A stretch of 60,461 bases of DNA, counting the filler, from Squatina squatina (taxonomy: Eukaryota), in assembly GCA_031763465.1 (NCBI GenBank). It is 4 parts of 4 records of this genome, joined end to end, with 100 filler letters (N's around TTAATTAATTAA, not from the genome) between each part and the next. Parts side by side here need not be neighbours in the genome. Positions count along the whole stretch, not along the records: positions 34,033 to 46,715 come from JARFOE010000056.1; positions 46,816 to 60,461 come from JARFOE010000233.1; 2 more parts are not named here. One strand, given 5' to 3'. The position numbers and the translations under genes were made by a program. Below, in pieces: positions 45,521 through 59,129 of the stretch; the stretch's first letter is position 1; each line of letters opens with the position of its first letter. Below the pieces are notes generated by a model. The model did no database searches. It was not told where the DNA came from and worked only from the letters and a program-made list of their open reading frames with translations.

Positions 45521-46715
45521 TTATGAATGCTTAATGTGCTCATCTGTAATTCCTCTCCCCGTTATGAGTGGAGACATTATTCCATTTATTTTAAGCGGAT
45601 TGCGGTCTCTGCAAAATAGCAGAAGTTGTATTTCAAGGCTTTGATAAATTTGCCAACAGGGGCTGCTAGAGCCACAGGTAGGTTGACCTGGGTAACTGAG
45701 TTTNNNNNNNNNNNNNNNNNNNNNNNNNNNNNNNNNNNNNNNNNNNNNNNNNNNNNNNNNNNNNNNNNNNNNNNNNNNNNNNNNNNNNNNNNNNNNNNNN
45801 NNNNNNNNNNNNNNNNNNNNNNNNNNNNNNNNNNNNNNNNNNNNNNNNNNNNNNNNNNNNNNNNNNNNNNNNNNNNNNNNNNNNNNNNNNNNNNNNNNNN
45901 NNNNNNNNNNNNNNNNNNNNNNNNNNNNNNNNNNNNNNNNNTACCACCCTTTCAGTGAGTTCCAGACTTCCAGCACTATATGTATTCACTGTTCAGTATT
46001 ACATAGAATATAAAGCACAGAAAGCTTGTGTTTGTATATTCGCTGCTACTGCTGTGTATTTGCTCTGCAGTATATTCACCGCTTATTTGCTGCCATATCG
46101 ACCATTGCTAAAGGACCCATCTTGTGATGTTGCATACTGTCTCACCTAAGTCATGCCACCTTTACTGCATTCAACATCCCCTTTGTGTAACAGTCATGCT
46201 CTAAGCTAAATGCAGTTTGAAAATTCCTGGTTGTGCATCTAATTCTTAAGTTACATGTTTCTGAAAGTTCATTTTTGTTTGCTATCCAGAGGTCTGAATA
46301 CATCCAGTCTTCTGTGCGACTGTCAGCTGAAGTGGTTGCCTCGGTTTCTGGTGGAGAAACAGTTTCAGCACATGGTCACTGCTAGTTGTGCGCACCCTGT
46401 GTGGCTGGCAGGGAAAAGCATCTTCAACATTGACGCAGCAGACTACATTTGTGGTTTGTATAATTTGTGTTTATTATGACTTAACTCATGGGTGCCGTGC
46501 CTGGCAATGCCTGTCTGCCTTGTCTTGTTGTATGATGGTTTATTTTTCTCGCTATGTTTTCTGCTGAATCTGCAAAGTTAAATGAAAGCGTCACTAAGTG
46601 GAAAGTGCAAACTTAACAGCTCGTGCATATGATGTAACTTGTTGCAAACATTTGGAGCCTGAAGATAAAAGGGACTGGAGATCAGCTGTTCACTTAATTT
46701 TACTGTATATGGAGA

Positions 46716-46815
46716 NNNNNNNNNNNNNNNNNNNNNNNNNNNNNNNNNNNNNNNNNNNNTTAATTAATTAANNNNNNNNNNNNNNNNNNNNNNNNNNNNN
46801 NNNNNNNNNNNNNNN
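46716..46815. other. Artificial scaffold spacer
   Basis: N44-TTAATTAATTAA-N44. Confidence 0.97.
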
Positions 46816-49814
46816 GTACAAACCTTCAATTATTTAGCAGCAGTTGCATTATATATCTATTTACAAGAGCAGAAATTCCAATAAGATCCTGACCTTATAA
46901 AGAGGTTAAACATTTAAATGTCCAGACAGAGGACATGAAAAAAACTCCAGTTTACTTATATTGCGAGTAACCCGCTATGTTGGTTCACTATGTCCCAAAG
47001 ACTGAAAATATAATTTTGAATTACCATCTTAACCCAACCTTTATAAATATTAACGAACTTCAACCTTCATTGCTTCCTGTATTTTAGATTTCAGTTCTAA
47101 GCACAGACCGCTTATTTATTCAATACTTCCAGACTTCTCTTTAATTGACTCACTTAATTTTTCTCAGCAGGGTGACAACAACATGTCTCTCCATCTGCAT
47201 GGCTCTCCAATACAGTGGTAAAAAGCATACAATCTCTATTTGTGGATGCATAAATGATGCCAGTTAAAATATTTGCAACATTCCCACCTGTCCCGAAACA
47301 CAACTAGAAGTAAAACAGCAGATCGGGCTTGATTTTCAGTGTTTCAGGAGACTGCTCGATATTGTGAAAACTAAGTTCTTTTTTTAAGCACTGGCAATTA
47401 CTAGTTAAACCACAACAAGCCAAGGTTACTTATACAGCTGAGCTTCAAGCGAGCACACTGATTTTGGAGTCTATAACCAAACATCTCCCACACACCATCA
47501 AACTAATAACTCTACCTTCTGAATTTGGTGAAGCATTATAATTTCTTCCTAGGAGCAAATAGGATTTTACAAACAAACTTCATTAAAATACTTAAAAAAA
47601 AAAATCAAGATTGTCTCACTGTTGTGACTATTTCCAAATTGAAAATACTGTATTGAATTCTTCTGAAGAGGAAATGTTTCGGCTCAATCTGTAACTGTGC
47701 CAAGTTAGCTGATCTTAACTGGGCTGCAGCAGGGGCACTACAATTGACCTCAGTATCCATAGGTTAGGGAAGACAAATAAGTCAGGATTCCTGACCGGAT
47801 CACCATCTTGCAATGTTTTATTGAAAGCACCCTTAAGAAAAGGCTTGAGCTCCCCTGTGATATTACCCCCATGAACGACAACCCTGCCAAGTCTTGAGGC
47901 TCACACATGAATAATGTGGACTTGGGTATGCCAGGAGGGAGGCAAAGAAGGAGGAAGAACTGGAAGGAAAGCTACAGCTGAAAAAAAATGAAAACACAAC
48001 TCATCCTTCAGGAAGTTAAAATATCTGACCAGCATTTTTCTTTTAATCCCTCCTGCAATAATCCTCCATCTTTGTTCGTGCATCACACCTATCACTTACT
48101 CTCCTTGTTGCTGACATACACTACCATTCACAGTATGTCTTTATTCCTTTTGCAGTACTCCCTCAACCCCTGCGTCATGTGCTACATCTGAACTCCTGTG
48201 CCTCCTGCATTACCATCCTATGTCACCTCCTTATTACTCCTGCCTAATGAGCTATCCTCTCCTTTCTGTACAGCACTCTAGCTAACCCCCAACCCCTCCA
48301 TCTGACCCCACTCACCTTCACTGCTTTACNNNNNNNNNNNNNNNNNNNNNNNNNNNNNNNNNNNNNNNNNNNNNNNNNNNNNNNNNNNNNNNNNNNNNNN
48401 NNNNNNNNNNNNNNNNNNNNNNNNNNNNNAATAACAAAATATCTCAATGTTTAGATTAATGTTAAGAATAATTATTCAGGAAAATCCTAAATTTCTACTA
48501 ATGAAGATGTTTAGAGGAAACTTTAACAAATTGTCTTCAAACTTGTAAAATGTGAATGTGAGAATGGAAAACAAAGAGGAACATTCAACAATCAGAATTT
48601 GGCTACACCACTAACATGGTGATTAAGGCAGATAGGCATAAATGCCACAGGGTTGCATTTGTATTTGCTGTGGCTTTTGACCAAGTAAAACAACTCAACT
48701 CGTGGAAAAGTACAGCAAGTATGACCTCATTATTACCTCTGAGCCAAGCTGCCTGACAGCAGATTAAATAACTTAGCTGTAGGTGTCCATTAAAATGTAG
48801 TATTTCATACCCTTTTTAAAAATACTACCATGCGAACAAAGTAAAAGCAAAAATACAGTTTCTGCTGTCAGTAAAATTTCTGGCAAAAATTAATCAACCA
48901 TTCATCCATTCAGGCTCTTTGCACAGCCTTTGTCAAATAGGGAATACTGCAAGATTTCTTCACTCTTCCAGGCATTCATTTGAATGAATTGGAGAATCCA
49001 TCAAGCTCTGTTTGATTTATTGAAGTGTCTCCCGACTCAGCAGTAGAACTTCAGCAAATGAACTGGTATCATCACTGCTCTACTACAAACCAGCAGCAAT
49101 TCCAAATTTAACTGTTTTATGCATCTTCTAAAAAAAACCATGGGTTTTCTAACTGCTGCATCAAACAGCTCTCCCCGCCATACCATCACCACCCACCCCA
49201 CCCCACTCCACCCCCCTACCACCATGCCCATAAGGTTTCAATGCATTTTAGTTATCCAAATAGGAACAAGTCATCATTACTAAGATCTGCATTTCAACAT
49301 ATGTATCTTTTGGGAATGTTTACATCCGAGTTGAAAGGCTGTCAAGAAAATACTTTGTACAATTATTAGATGATGGGTAATCAACACATAAATCATCAAA
49401 TTTTAAAGGTGCAAACTTCCACTTGAGAATTTAAAAAAAGACTAATACATGCATATCTTTTCTAGTTGAAGTACTGAACATAACTGGATGCAAATGGCAG
49501 CCTTCAAAAACAGTGAAGTATTACAAAAGTACAACATGGCAAAGAACCCATGAAATATGATCTGTCGTAACCCATAATATGTTATATTTGATAAAAGGTG
49601 ACAAGGTAGAAATATAATATTTATGTGACGCAGTCCTTCAAATTGTCAAATGCTTATCAGTTGCATGGAACACTGTTTAAACATGGATTTTATCCATGAG
49701 CACCCTCCATTGAANNNNNNNNNNNNNNNNNNNNNNNNNNNNNNNNNNNNNNNNNNNNNNNNNNNNNNNNNNNNNNNNNNNNNNNNNNNNNNNNNNNNNN
49801 NNNNNNNNNNNNNN

Positions 49815-50045
49815 GATGGAAAACTACAGCTATGAGGAGGAACTTGAGATACTGGGACTAGGGAAGGCTAAGAGGAGATTTCATAGAAGTTTTAAAAATT
49901 CGGATAGGTTTTGTAAGAGTGATTGAGGAAAGATTATTTCCTCTGGTACGGAGTCAGTGATGAGAAGTCATCAATTTAACATTGCCACTAAGAGAGTGAG
50001 GAGAGAGATTAGGAGACATTTCTCTCTCCAGAAGGTTGTTGGAAG
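49815..50045 (+). mobile_element. Decayed CR1 ORF2 C-terminal fragment
   Basis: YSYEEELEILGL..RLRGDFIEVLK..EERLFPLV.. Confidence 0.7.
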
Positions 50046-53000
50046 ATTAGCCTCACTGCTGATTTTAAATATATGGCATTGGTAGACAGATTGCTAGAAA
50101 AGGCATCACTGTACCTTTAAAACATCCTTGCCTCAAGGATTAGTGGGAACTATCCCCTCTTCAATCTTTGTCCCTAGGAGGCACTTTTAACACCTGCCAA
50201 CCCCAGCACTATCATCAGAAAAACATTTAGAGATTCATCTTCAGGCTGGTAATTATCATAGATAATTATTTGTGTGGCTGTATAGATAAAGTTGGTCTAG
50301 CATAAAAATCTGGTAGATTTTTCAGTAAACACAAAATATCATTACAGGTTTAACTCCTTCAGCTGATTTATCCTATTTACCATTTAACTTCTGCAGTTGA
50401 AACGTGCATTTGTATCATGAAAAACCACTGACCGCACTTAAATAGAATAATTTAGAGACAGTACTCAATAAAGTAGTACGGAAATTAAGGAGTTAGATTT
50501 AAAAAAACAGTTTTGTTTTAATTTTCACTTCAATTAATGGTGTAATGAAAAGTCTATTTGTAAACACTTGTATTTTTCAAGCAAAGTCTAATGCCTCCAG
50601 CAACTCATTTGTTACAAAGCTGATTGCTTAGGAGGAAGATTCCAGAAGTGAAGATACTTAAACTAGAAATGAAATACAAAACTATTCACATATGCATTTG
50701 GTGTGAATAGTCAACATGTTCGCAATAAAAATAGAAAACCTTTTACAAAACCAGTATTATGTCAACTTTTACATCAAGCAGGCAAAAAATTACACTGGAA
50801 AACAGTTCCTGCAGAAAGTAACAAAAATCTTAAAATACCAAGTTCGCAACTAGAGAATCAACCTCAATTATAATAAACGTGGACCTCTGCTTCATTGGAC
50901 ATTCACTTATATATAACAGCAGAAATCAATGGGGAAAATTATGTCATTAACATGCAATGCACCATTACATAGAACAACAGGATATAGTTTCGATGTTTTC
51001 TTTAAATGTGGCTGGATAAACTTTTTACTGTGATAGTGGGAATTACCAACAAAAAAAAAACTTTAAAAATAGCATCTTATCAATATTTTCTGATTTTTGT
51101 TTTATAGATACATATTTTAATTGTAACTGTGAAGATATTTTTCTTTTCTCAATCATTATCTATCCATGTTCTCCTAAATAGCATCAGATTTAAATGTGTT
51201 TCAGCTTGATGTGATATAATACGTATCACTATCAAAATTATATCATGAGCATTCAATGACTGATTGCTAGTTATCACTAGCCTTATATACATATCTCAAA
51301 AATGAAGTACCCAGTAAATGGCTGGTCTAGTCAGGTAAAACATATGAGNNNNNNNNNNNNNNNNNNNNNNNNNNNNNNNNNNNNNNNNNNNNNNNNNNNN
51401 NNNNNNNNNNNNNNNNNNNNNNNNNNNNNNNNNNNNNNNNNNNNNNNNGAAGATTGCAGTTTTGGTTGCTGCTTCAAAATAATTTTGTTCATTTTCTTTT
51501 CACAAGATTGATAATATAAGAATGTTGAGCAATTTTCATTGTGTATACGTTTATTATAAATAAAATATGAATCCTAATTCTAGGACAAAACAGACTGCAT
51601 TTAAATGCACCCTGATTATTGAAATAAAATTGCACCTGCTAATTAGAAAATGCATTTAGAGATGCAACTGTGTCTTTATGCTTTTATTTTATGATTTGTT
51701 AGCATTGTTCTTTGAGCTTTTAGGCAGTTACATTTTTATGTAAAGAGCATTCCTTTAAGAACTAATGGTGTAACAATTTTTCATCAAAAGATTTTGCACA
51801 TGCATCAGGAAATCCCAGTTCACTGTTCATTGTACTCATAAATATTTTATAGTCTTTGTTATGACTCATCTCAGTGGTGACTGTAGGCTCAGTTTTGCTG
51901 TACAGTTCATCAACTTCCCAGCATGCTGTATAATGAATGTTTCACTTACATTGCTAATTGCCAAACAGTGGTTCCTTCAACCTTTCACCTTTACGTTTCA
52001 CAACATTATCCCCAATTGCTGGTTTGATTGCACTTCAAATTTCAACTGATAAAATATTAAGCATACAACCAATGTTATTCTCTTTAATCCTGGATGCCTT
52101 TAAATAAATGATTTAATGACAAACTACGATCAAAATTACTAAAAGTTTACTCTCTCTAGAATTGTGCCACAATAAGCAAGACCTTAAAAGTTGCAAAGAG
52201 AAAGCTGTTGTGTGTACTGCCAGATGATGTGCAAAATATACAATAACAATAATATACAATAACAATGCAATAATTCAATTGAGCAGTTGTGCTGACATAA
52301 ATCACAAAAATGAAGCTCAAAGGATTTACAAATGTCAGCAGAACCTTGGGATTGACTCTCAAACTCACTGCCAGGCAAGTGTTTCCTTTACCATATGTAG
52401 CACACGCTTTATTTTATGCAGAAACAACATTCTTGGATGTTGTATGTTGCAGCACCTATTCTTGGACCCACAGAGTAGTGGGATGGGTGCTTCCCCATTC
52501 AGTCCCCCACACTGACTTCTGATTTCACCTCTGAAGAGGTGCTGGTCTGAAGCTTGGTCCTTGTAACAGGAGGGAAAATCAGAGCAAAAGTCAGTGGATC
52601 ACTTTCTTATCTCTTGTACAAACTACTTTTATATTAATCTTAGGAAAGTGCATACACTGGTGGTTCCAGATAGGCGACTCAACACACCTGACAGTGGCCA
52701 CACTTTAAACTTACTGGATTCACTTAGATTTCAAAAGATGTTGTTGCATGGTATACAGGAACTAGCAGTGCAAGCACTTTTCTGAGACCAATGCAAAAGC
52801 AGCATCTGCAGAGGTCTATAAGTAAGACACCTCTGCAATTTTGCCAACCGTGGTGGGTCCGGATAGGCCTGGGTTGGTGGCAGGTTGTGACCCCGCTCCT
52901 GGCTCCAGCCCACACTGCAGAAAGAATTTTCCGTTGCTGAGGCTTGTTAAGCCCGCCCTGTGAGGTTCCCGGACAGCTGAAAGGAAGCAGGTCTGATGAC

Positions 53001-53114
53001 ATCATATGATGACGCGTCATCAGCCGATTTCCTTAAAGGGACCAGGGCCACATTGATTTTGCTGCATTGAGGTGCTGCATGCAAACACTGACAAGCACTG
53101 CACAATGGTACACG

Positions 53115-53330
53115 GCTGCACCCAGGCTCTCCCATGACTCCCTCCGTGAGCTTATGGAGGGAGTCACAGCATGCAGGGAGGCCCTCTTCCCTTCCAATAG
53201 GCGGAAGAGACCTTCCCAGGACACCAACGCAGCCTGGTTGCACATTGCACAGGAGGGCACAAGCAGGCATGTCGTCAGGAGGAACTGGCTGCAGTGGCGC
53301 AAACCTTTCAATGATCTCAGTAGATCACGA
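53115..53330 (+). pseudogene. Myb/SANT-like DNA-binding domain of a PIF/Harbinger element (second ORF relic)
   Basis: AAPRLSHDSLRELMEGVTACREALFPSNRRKRPSQDTNAAWLHIAQEGTSRHVVRRNWLQWRKPFNDLSRS fits the Myb/SANT pattern (PRFS..L..L..LF..AW..IA..R..Q.RK.FND); GC-rich element-like sequence from ~52830. Confidence 0.78.
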
Positions 53331-54529
53331 AACATTACTGCAAAGCCAAACTCAAACTCATCCTGCTGTGCCACTCATCACATTCCCATCACTCTGCCTT
53401 CCCTAGNNNNNNNNNNNNNNNNNNNNNNNNNNNNNNNNNNNNNNNNNNNNNNNNNNNNNNNNNNNNNNNNNNNNNNNNNNNNNNNNNNNNNNNNNNNNNN
53501 NNNNNNTACGGCTTCCGTAAAGCTATTCCTTCTCCCTCATCCTCCTCTTCCCCCACCCTCACTCCCCCCACCCTCACTCCCCTACCAACCCACCCTGCCC
53601 CAGGTCACAGACATGTGACCTTCTCTTGGGATTCTGCCGATGCCTCACACAGTGAGGTAGCTGCAGTCCAATTTATTTTTAAAATCTTTGTATGAAAACA
53701 TCAAACAGCTTCTTAAAGATGCACATTCCCTATCAATTCATCTTTTATTTATAACTGCGATGTAATATGGTTTTCTATATGTATATTACAATGCAATCGG
53801 TTCAAATAAAAGTTTGATTCCACAATGTACTGGAAAGAGAAGGCCACCACATGCAGTTTTATCTATAAAGAATGATAAATCTGACCCCTGCCACTAGATA
53901 CTCACTGTTTGATGCATTTGGTTAAAGAATGTCATTGGCTTTGCTTTCTTCTGAACAGAGGAAGATTATTAAATCTCAGCTGGTGTTGCATGCCAAAAAG
54001 TCCAGAATATTCATTTCTCAGTGGTAAACCAGACAGATGATTTTGTTTCCACTTTGACTGCATGCTAGGCTGGGGAATTTGATCTAGATATCAGCTAGAT
54101 GAGAATAAAGTTAACAGGACAGCTAACAGGGTAATCAAGTTTGTGTAGAATGCCTCAAGCTAAAACAGTGTACAAATATCAGAGTCCTAAAGCATCTCAG
54201 GGGCACTTAAATGCAACTGTCATTGAGCACCTTTGCTTCCAAGATCTGTATTTTCAGAGGCCGTGTACAATCTCAGAGACATGTACAAGTCCTTTGACAG
54301 CACCCACCCAGCAACACAGCACAGATGCTGGGTAGTAACCATGAAAATTGGCATCACAGCAGAGGCTACAAATCCTGTTCCTTGTGGATTTCAACTACCC
54401 TCTTTTTCTAACATCAATATGTGACATTNNNNNNNNNNNNNNNNNNNNNNNNNNNNNNNNNNNNNNNNNNNNNNNNNNNNNNNNNNNNNNNNNNNNNNNN
54501 NNNNNNNNNNNNNNNNNNNNNNNNNNNNT

Positions 54530-55065
54530 AGGGTTCTCACTCACAGACAGTCTGATCGACAGGCTGGGCACCTTTCGGGCGGGAAGCCTGCTTCAGAGAG
54601 CAAGTAGGTGTATTGTGGGGGGGGAGGGGGGGTGATGGAAACTGTGCTGAGATCCAGGGGGGCTGGGGGGAACAGACAGATTGCAGGGGGTGGGATGGGA
54701 TTTACTGGTTAGCTTGTTGAGCTGGAAGGAAACACTCCTGCTTCTCCTGGCCCACAAGTTGTCCTGTAAAGGCACTTACCACATGGATTCAGCCCTTCTC
54801 ACCTCCTTTAATCTGCCGGGTTTCTCAAGGCCTGTAAAACCCGGCCATCTGTGAGTAAAAATAGAATGACTGTTAAAATGAAGGCAGGCAGCCTCGTTAT
54901 AATATTTTAATGACCAACCCACATCCCACAAGCGGATTGGTTGCCTACTCCTCATCCCACCTCCGTTAAAACCAGAAGTTGGCGGGTTCAGTTCCTGTTC
55001 CTGATATTTTGCGTTTTAACCTCCGACAAGGCCCCAACCCACCCATTTTTTGGAGTTAAGATTGA
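54530..55065. mobile_element. GC-rich non-autonomous DNA-transposon-like fragment
   Basis: GC-rich block in an AT-rich intron with gttaaaa/ttttaac motifs like the MITE ends at 530-552 and 23189-23376; not classified further. Confidence 0.35.
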
Positions 55066-56947
55066 CATGCTAGCAAGGCAGCCTTGCATAAACATGCTAT
55101 ATCAACATTTTTTTTTTAAATCGTAGATTTTTAAGCATGCATAAACAGAAGAAAAAAAAATTACTGACGTGTCTAATACATCAAAACAGATATCGACAGT
55201 TAGCAATGTCATGCAAATAGCCAGAGTTTGTTTTAGATGTCCAATTGAAACCTCCTGTTCATCAATTTTCACTGTGTCAAGATTAAAATGTCATTTAATG
55301 TCGATTCAAAGCTATTCTATATCAGAATACCATTGAATAAATAGGAAAATATTCATTCACCAAAGCAAATTCTGTGACTAGCACTTTAAGGGTTAATGAG
55401 TAGCCGATAAAATGTAAAGAAATAAAATCCTGCTGGTACAACATCTGTACAACACCAGGCATGAAATAAATTACTGCAAAAAAAAAGACATCACAAGGGC
55501 TCCATTATACCTGCAATAAATTTGCAGAGTGTGGAATTAGCTGCTTAAAAAACAGTAAATATGCAAATCTAAACTGGCTGTGGGCGAGCTGCCAATTAAC
55601 CTTCTCTGGGCACTTCCTCTGAACGGTTCAGGAGTCTGCAGTCTGGCATGCTCCAAGTACACAGATTCTATAAATAAGGTACCCTATCTGAATGTCAGTG
55701 GCAATCCACCACAATGACAAAATCACCTTCAAAATATGTACTCATTCCGGGTACAGGGATAGTCAAAATACAGTAACATTCAATCAGGCAACAGAAGCAC
55801 AAGTCCTTTCATGCTCGCTATTTGTTTTTACTTGTGCAAATATGACCATCAGCAACATCCAAGCAAAATCAGGCTTCTCCTCACTACGCACAGTGGNNNN
55901 NNNNNNNNNNNNNNNNNNNNNNNNNNNNNNNNNNNNNNNNNNNNNNNNNNNNNNNNNNNNNNNNNNNNNNNNNNNNNNNNNNNNNNNNNNNNNNNNTTGA
56001 CAAAGGAGGTTACAGGGACAAATAATTTAGATCTCTTCAAGGTCAAACTGGGCAACTATCTTTAAGAGAAACATATCATTAGTTACAACTGTTAGCAAAC
56101 ATTAATGCAATACTATTACAATAGGTGGAATGTGCCTAAAGCCATATTACTAAAGTAGACTTTTCACAATGGTCATTGAGCTACCCAAAGCTAATGAACC
56201 TTTTGACACTTAGACGTATTAAGTGCTTGAGAAGNNNNNNNNNNCAAAAGTCACACATTTCCACAATTTTGATAAATGACTTGCAATTTCAAATTACAAT
56301 TTGAAAAACAGATGTTTCACATTTTCTATTGCACTTTATTACCTGCCAGGCACCCCTAATTAACAAAAGAACTGCAGCAGAAAAAGTGATGAACAGACTT
56401 CAGATAAAGTATGTATGCATTAACTGGTGTAAACTATGCAACTTAAAAATATTCTTTGTTGCAATAAATGAACTATAGGATCAAAAAGACAAAAACAATA
56501 GAGATCTTATCATGGACTTTATAAGATTGGAAAAAAAGAAAATAAACCACCACCATAACTCTCACAGCTCACATGCAATTTTATGCATGTTTCTGACAAG
56601 TAAGTAGCGCACACATCCAAAGATCTGAAAAATATCCGGTTCAATTCTATATTAAGGAATCCCTATTGAGCCATCACAGGATGACATACATCTCTTGGAA
56701 TGAGGAACGTAATATTTCATTTGTGATGTTCTAAAACATTATGATAAATCACTCTTCATTAAAGAAGTTATTAATATACATTATGCAAATCAGTCTACAA
56801 TTAAGCATTTACGTCCGTAAAGCGGTGGTAACATCACTCAAACTGTGCTGTTTGCTGTATCAAAAGTAAATATTGATGTGATGGAATGGACCACCCTATG
56901 CACTGCTATTGTCGAATTGTATCTAGTTTTACCAGTAATTCACTCAC

Positions 56948-57042
56948 CTCCAGGGTCATATACACAGTACTAATTGCTAGTTTTGTATCTCCTTCTGACA
57001 GCTCCTTAAGATCTTTCAGCAAAATCTGTTCAGTATTTAAAC
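56948..57042 (-). CDS. PRUNE2: PRUNE2 exon (95 bp, DHHA2 region)
   Basis: gttgtag| GLNTEQILLKDLKELSEGDTKLAISTVYMTLE |gtgagt; recalled human PRUNE2 GLSIEQTMLKDLKELSDGEIKVAISTVSMNLE (PRUNE1 has RKDQKTI). Confidence 0.9.
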
Positions 57043-57489
57043 CTACAACAGAAGCGGAAATAAAAATGTTTTAATATTTCCCTTACATGGCATAGCAGCA
57101 ATTATTTGTTATTGTTTGGGTTATAAAGTTTCACCATAGCAAACATTTAAAATTATTTCAAAACTTTCCTCAAATTATAGTTATCACTTGACTAAAATTC
57201 TCCATGTTGCTTGATATTCAATTGTAGCAGTAAATCATGTCAATCGCACAACAGAAATATTGTGCCTTGACATCCATCAGCTATGATTCTTAATTCACCA
57301 AGGTGTTAAGCCTTTGGACCATTATGTCAAACTATCTGTCACTCTTCCATTCCTCATAGCAATGTATTAATATTGTTACTTTTAACAGATCAGGTTATTC
57401 GTGCAAATGCATGTTTCTCAGGTGAAAACGTACAACACAGATATACTCCATATTTACTCTTCTTGGGAACATACACATTAATTAATTAA

Positions 57490-57715
57490 ATTTAAAATAA
57501 TTTGCCAAAAAAAGAGGGGCAATGAGGAAAAACCTTTACGCAGCAAGGTATGATGATCTGGAATGCCCTGTCTGAAATGGAATTGGATATATACTTTCAA
57601 GTCTATGGGGAAAGAGCAGAGGAGTGGGGCTAACTGGATTGTTCTTCGAAAGAGTCAGCACAAACTCGCTGGGCCAAATGGCCTCCTACTGTGCTGTACT
57701 GATCTATGATTCTAT
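57490..57715 (+). mobile_element. CR1 3' end
   Basis: atgaggaaaaacc..atctggaatgccctgtctgaaa..gggccaaatggcctcctactgtgctgta..ctatgattct. Confidence 0.7.
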
Positions 57716-57969
57716 TGAATTACAGGCAATGTACAGAGTTGTCATTGCCTAAGGATGTATTCTGCATGGCACTAGTGTGTATCTTTCAAATCTCCTAAAT
57801 TCTTTGGCCACAAAAGCAAGCAAGATTTTGTAATGTCAAAAGGCAAAGATGTTTCAAACTTGGAATCCGAACTCAGAATTCAAGCATGGCAAGTGCAAAG
57901 TCAACAAGCCTCAAGCAAGACTAGATATTTGATATTTTCCAAACTTTCACACACCACCGCACAATCTTC

Positions 57970-58455
57970 CGTGATTCAGTAGTTGCATGCTCGGGTCTGA
58001 GTCAGAAGGTTTGTGGGCTCAATTCCCCTTTCAGAAACTTGGGCACAAAAACTAGGCTGACACTTCAGTGCAGTGCTGAGGGAGTACTGCACTGTCAGAG
58101 GCAATATTCCCTCTGAGCTGCGTGGCCGCACAGCAATGGGAAAGGTATGTGCAGGCTGCTCACTGGCTTCCCCAATGTAAATATCGCGCATGCGTGAAAA
58201 TTTAAAGGGGCCACGCACTAAAAGAAACAGGCCACAAAGCGCAGCGTACAAGGAACATTAGTCAAAGGTACACCCTTTCGGATGAGACATTAACCCGTCT
58301 ACCATCTCAGATGGAGATAAAAGATCCCATGGCATAATTCAAAGAAGAGCAGGGGAGTTCTCCCCAGTGTCCTGGCCCATAGTTGTGCCTTAACCAACAT
58401 CGCTAAAACCAATTCTCTGGTCATTATCACATTGCTCTTTGTGGGACCTTGCTGT
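57970..58455 (+). mobile_element. Deu-domain SINE interrupted by a MITE
   Basis: ctgagtcagaaggtttgtgggctcaattccc..gagggagtactgcactgtcagagg [MITE] gtcaaaggtacaccctttcggatgagac..gaagagcaggggagttctccccagtgtcctggcc. Confidence 0.85.
58102..58260. mobile_element. hAT-type MITE (159 bp) with 8-bp TSD
   Basis: TIRs caatattccctctgagctgcg / cgcagcgtacaaggaacatta; TSD gtcagagg (58094-58101) / gtcaaagg (58261-58268). Confidence 0.82.
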
Positions 58456-59129
58456 NNNNNNNNNNNNNNNNNNNNNNNNNNNNNNNNNNNNNNNNNNNNN
58501 NNNNNNNNNNNNNNNNNNNNNNNNNNNNNNNNNNNNNNNNNNNNNNNNNNNNNNNTAATATGTCACGATAAATTACAGCATCCTTATTTTAAGTATTGTG
58601 ATTTTTGTTCATCTAGTTTTTAAACATTATTCAACCGATAATTTTCCACCATCAAGAAACAACAAATGTAATATATATTTACTCTCTTCTGGACTCAAAG
58701 AACACACCGTGTTTCTATATATACACCTCTTGTAATTTCTTAAATATTTGATCTACACATTGGCAATATCAAGTAATGTACTCGGGGTGGGAAAGCTTCT
58801 CAAGCAGCCCAATAGAGCTTTCCATTCAATCCAAAATTGCAGCACCCACAATGTTTGGAGTAGATTAGTTAAAAACCGTATGTGAAATAGACAGTTGTTC
58901 TTAAAGGTACCAGAAGGTACAGTTCATCTTCATGAACACTGACCTACACATCAAAAATATAATTTAGCACATAATGTGTACTTCACCAACAAAGTACTTT
59001 TATTAATTCTGGTAAAAGTAGTTCCTACATACTCATTTCATAAGTGCCCTTTAAGGGTTTGTGTGTGTGCACATGTGTGATCAAGAACACAAATGCACTT
59101 TTACTCTAAACGAAAATAAATATTCTTAC

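Noticed and set aside
55511-55667. Possible next PRUNE2 exon (ag..gt bounded, 157 bp, minus strand)
   Set aside because: In-frame TAA and no similarity to the recalled next PRUNE2 exon.
58727-58846. GAAILD..DQIFKKLQE on the minus strand resembling the missing PRUNE exon between the two called exons
   Set aside because: Two in-frame stops, wrong spacing and no acceptor; the real exon is probably in the gap 58456-58555.
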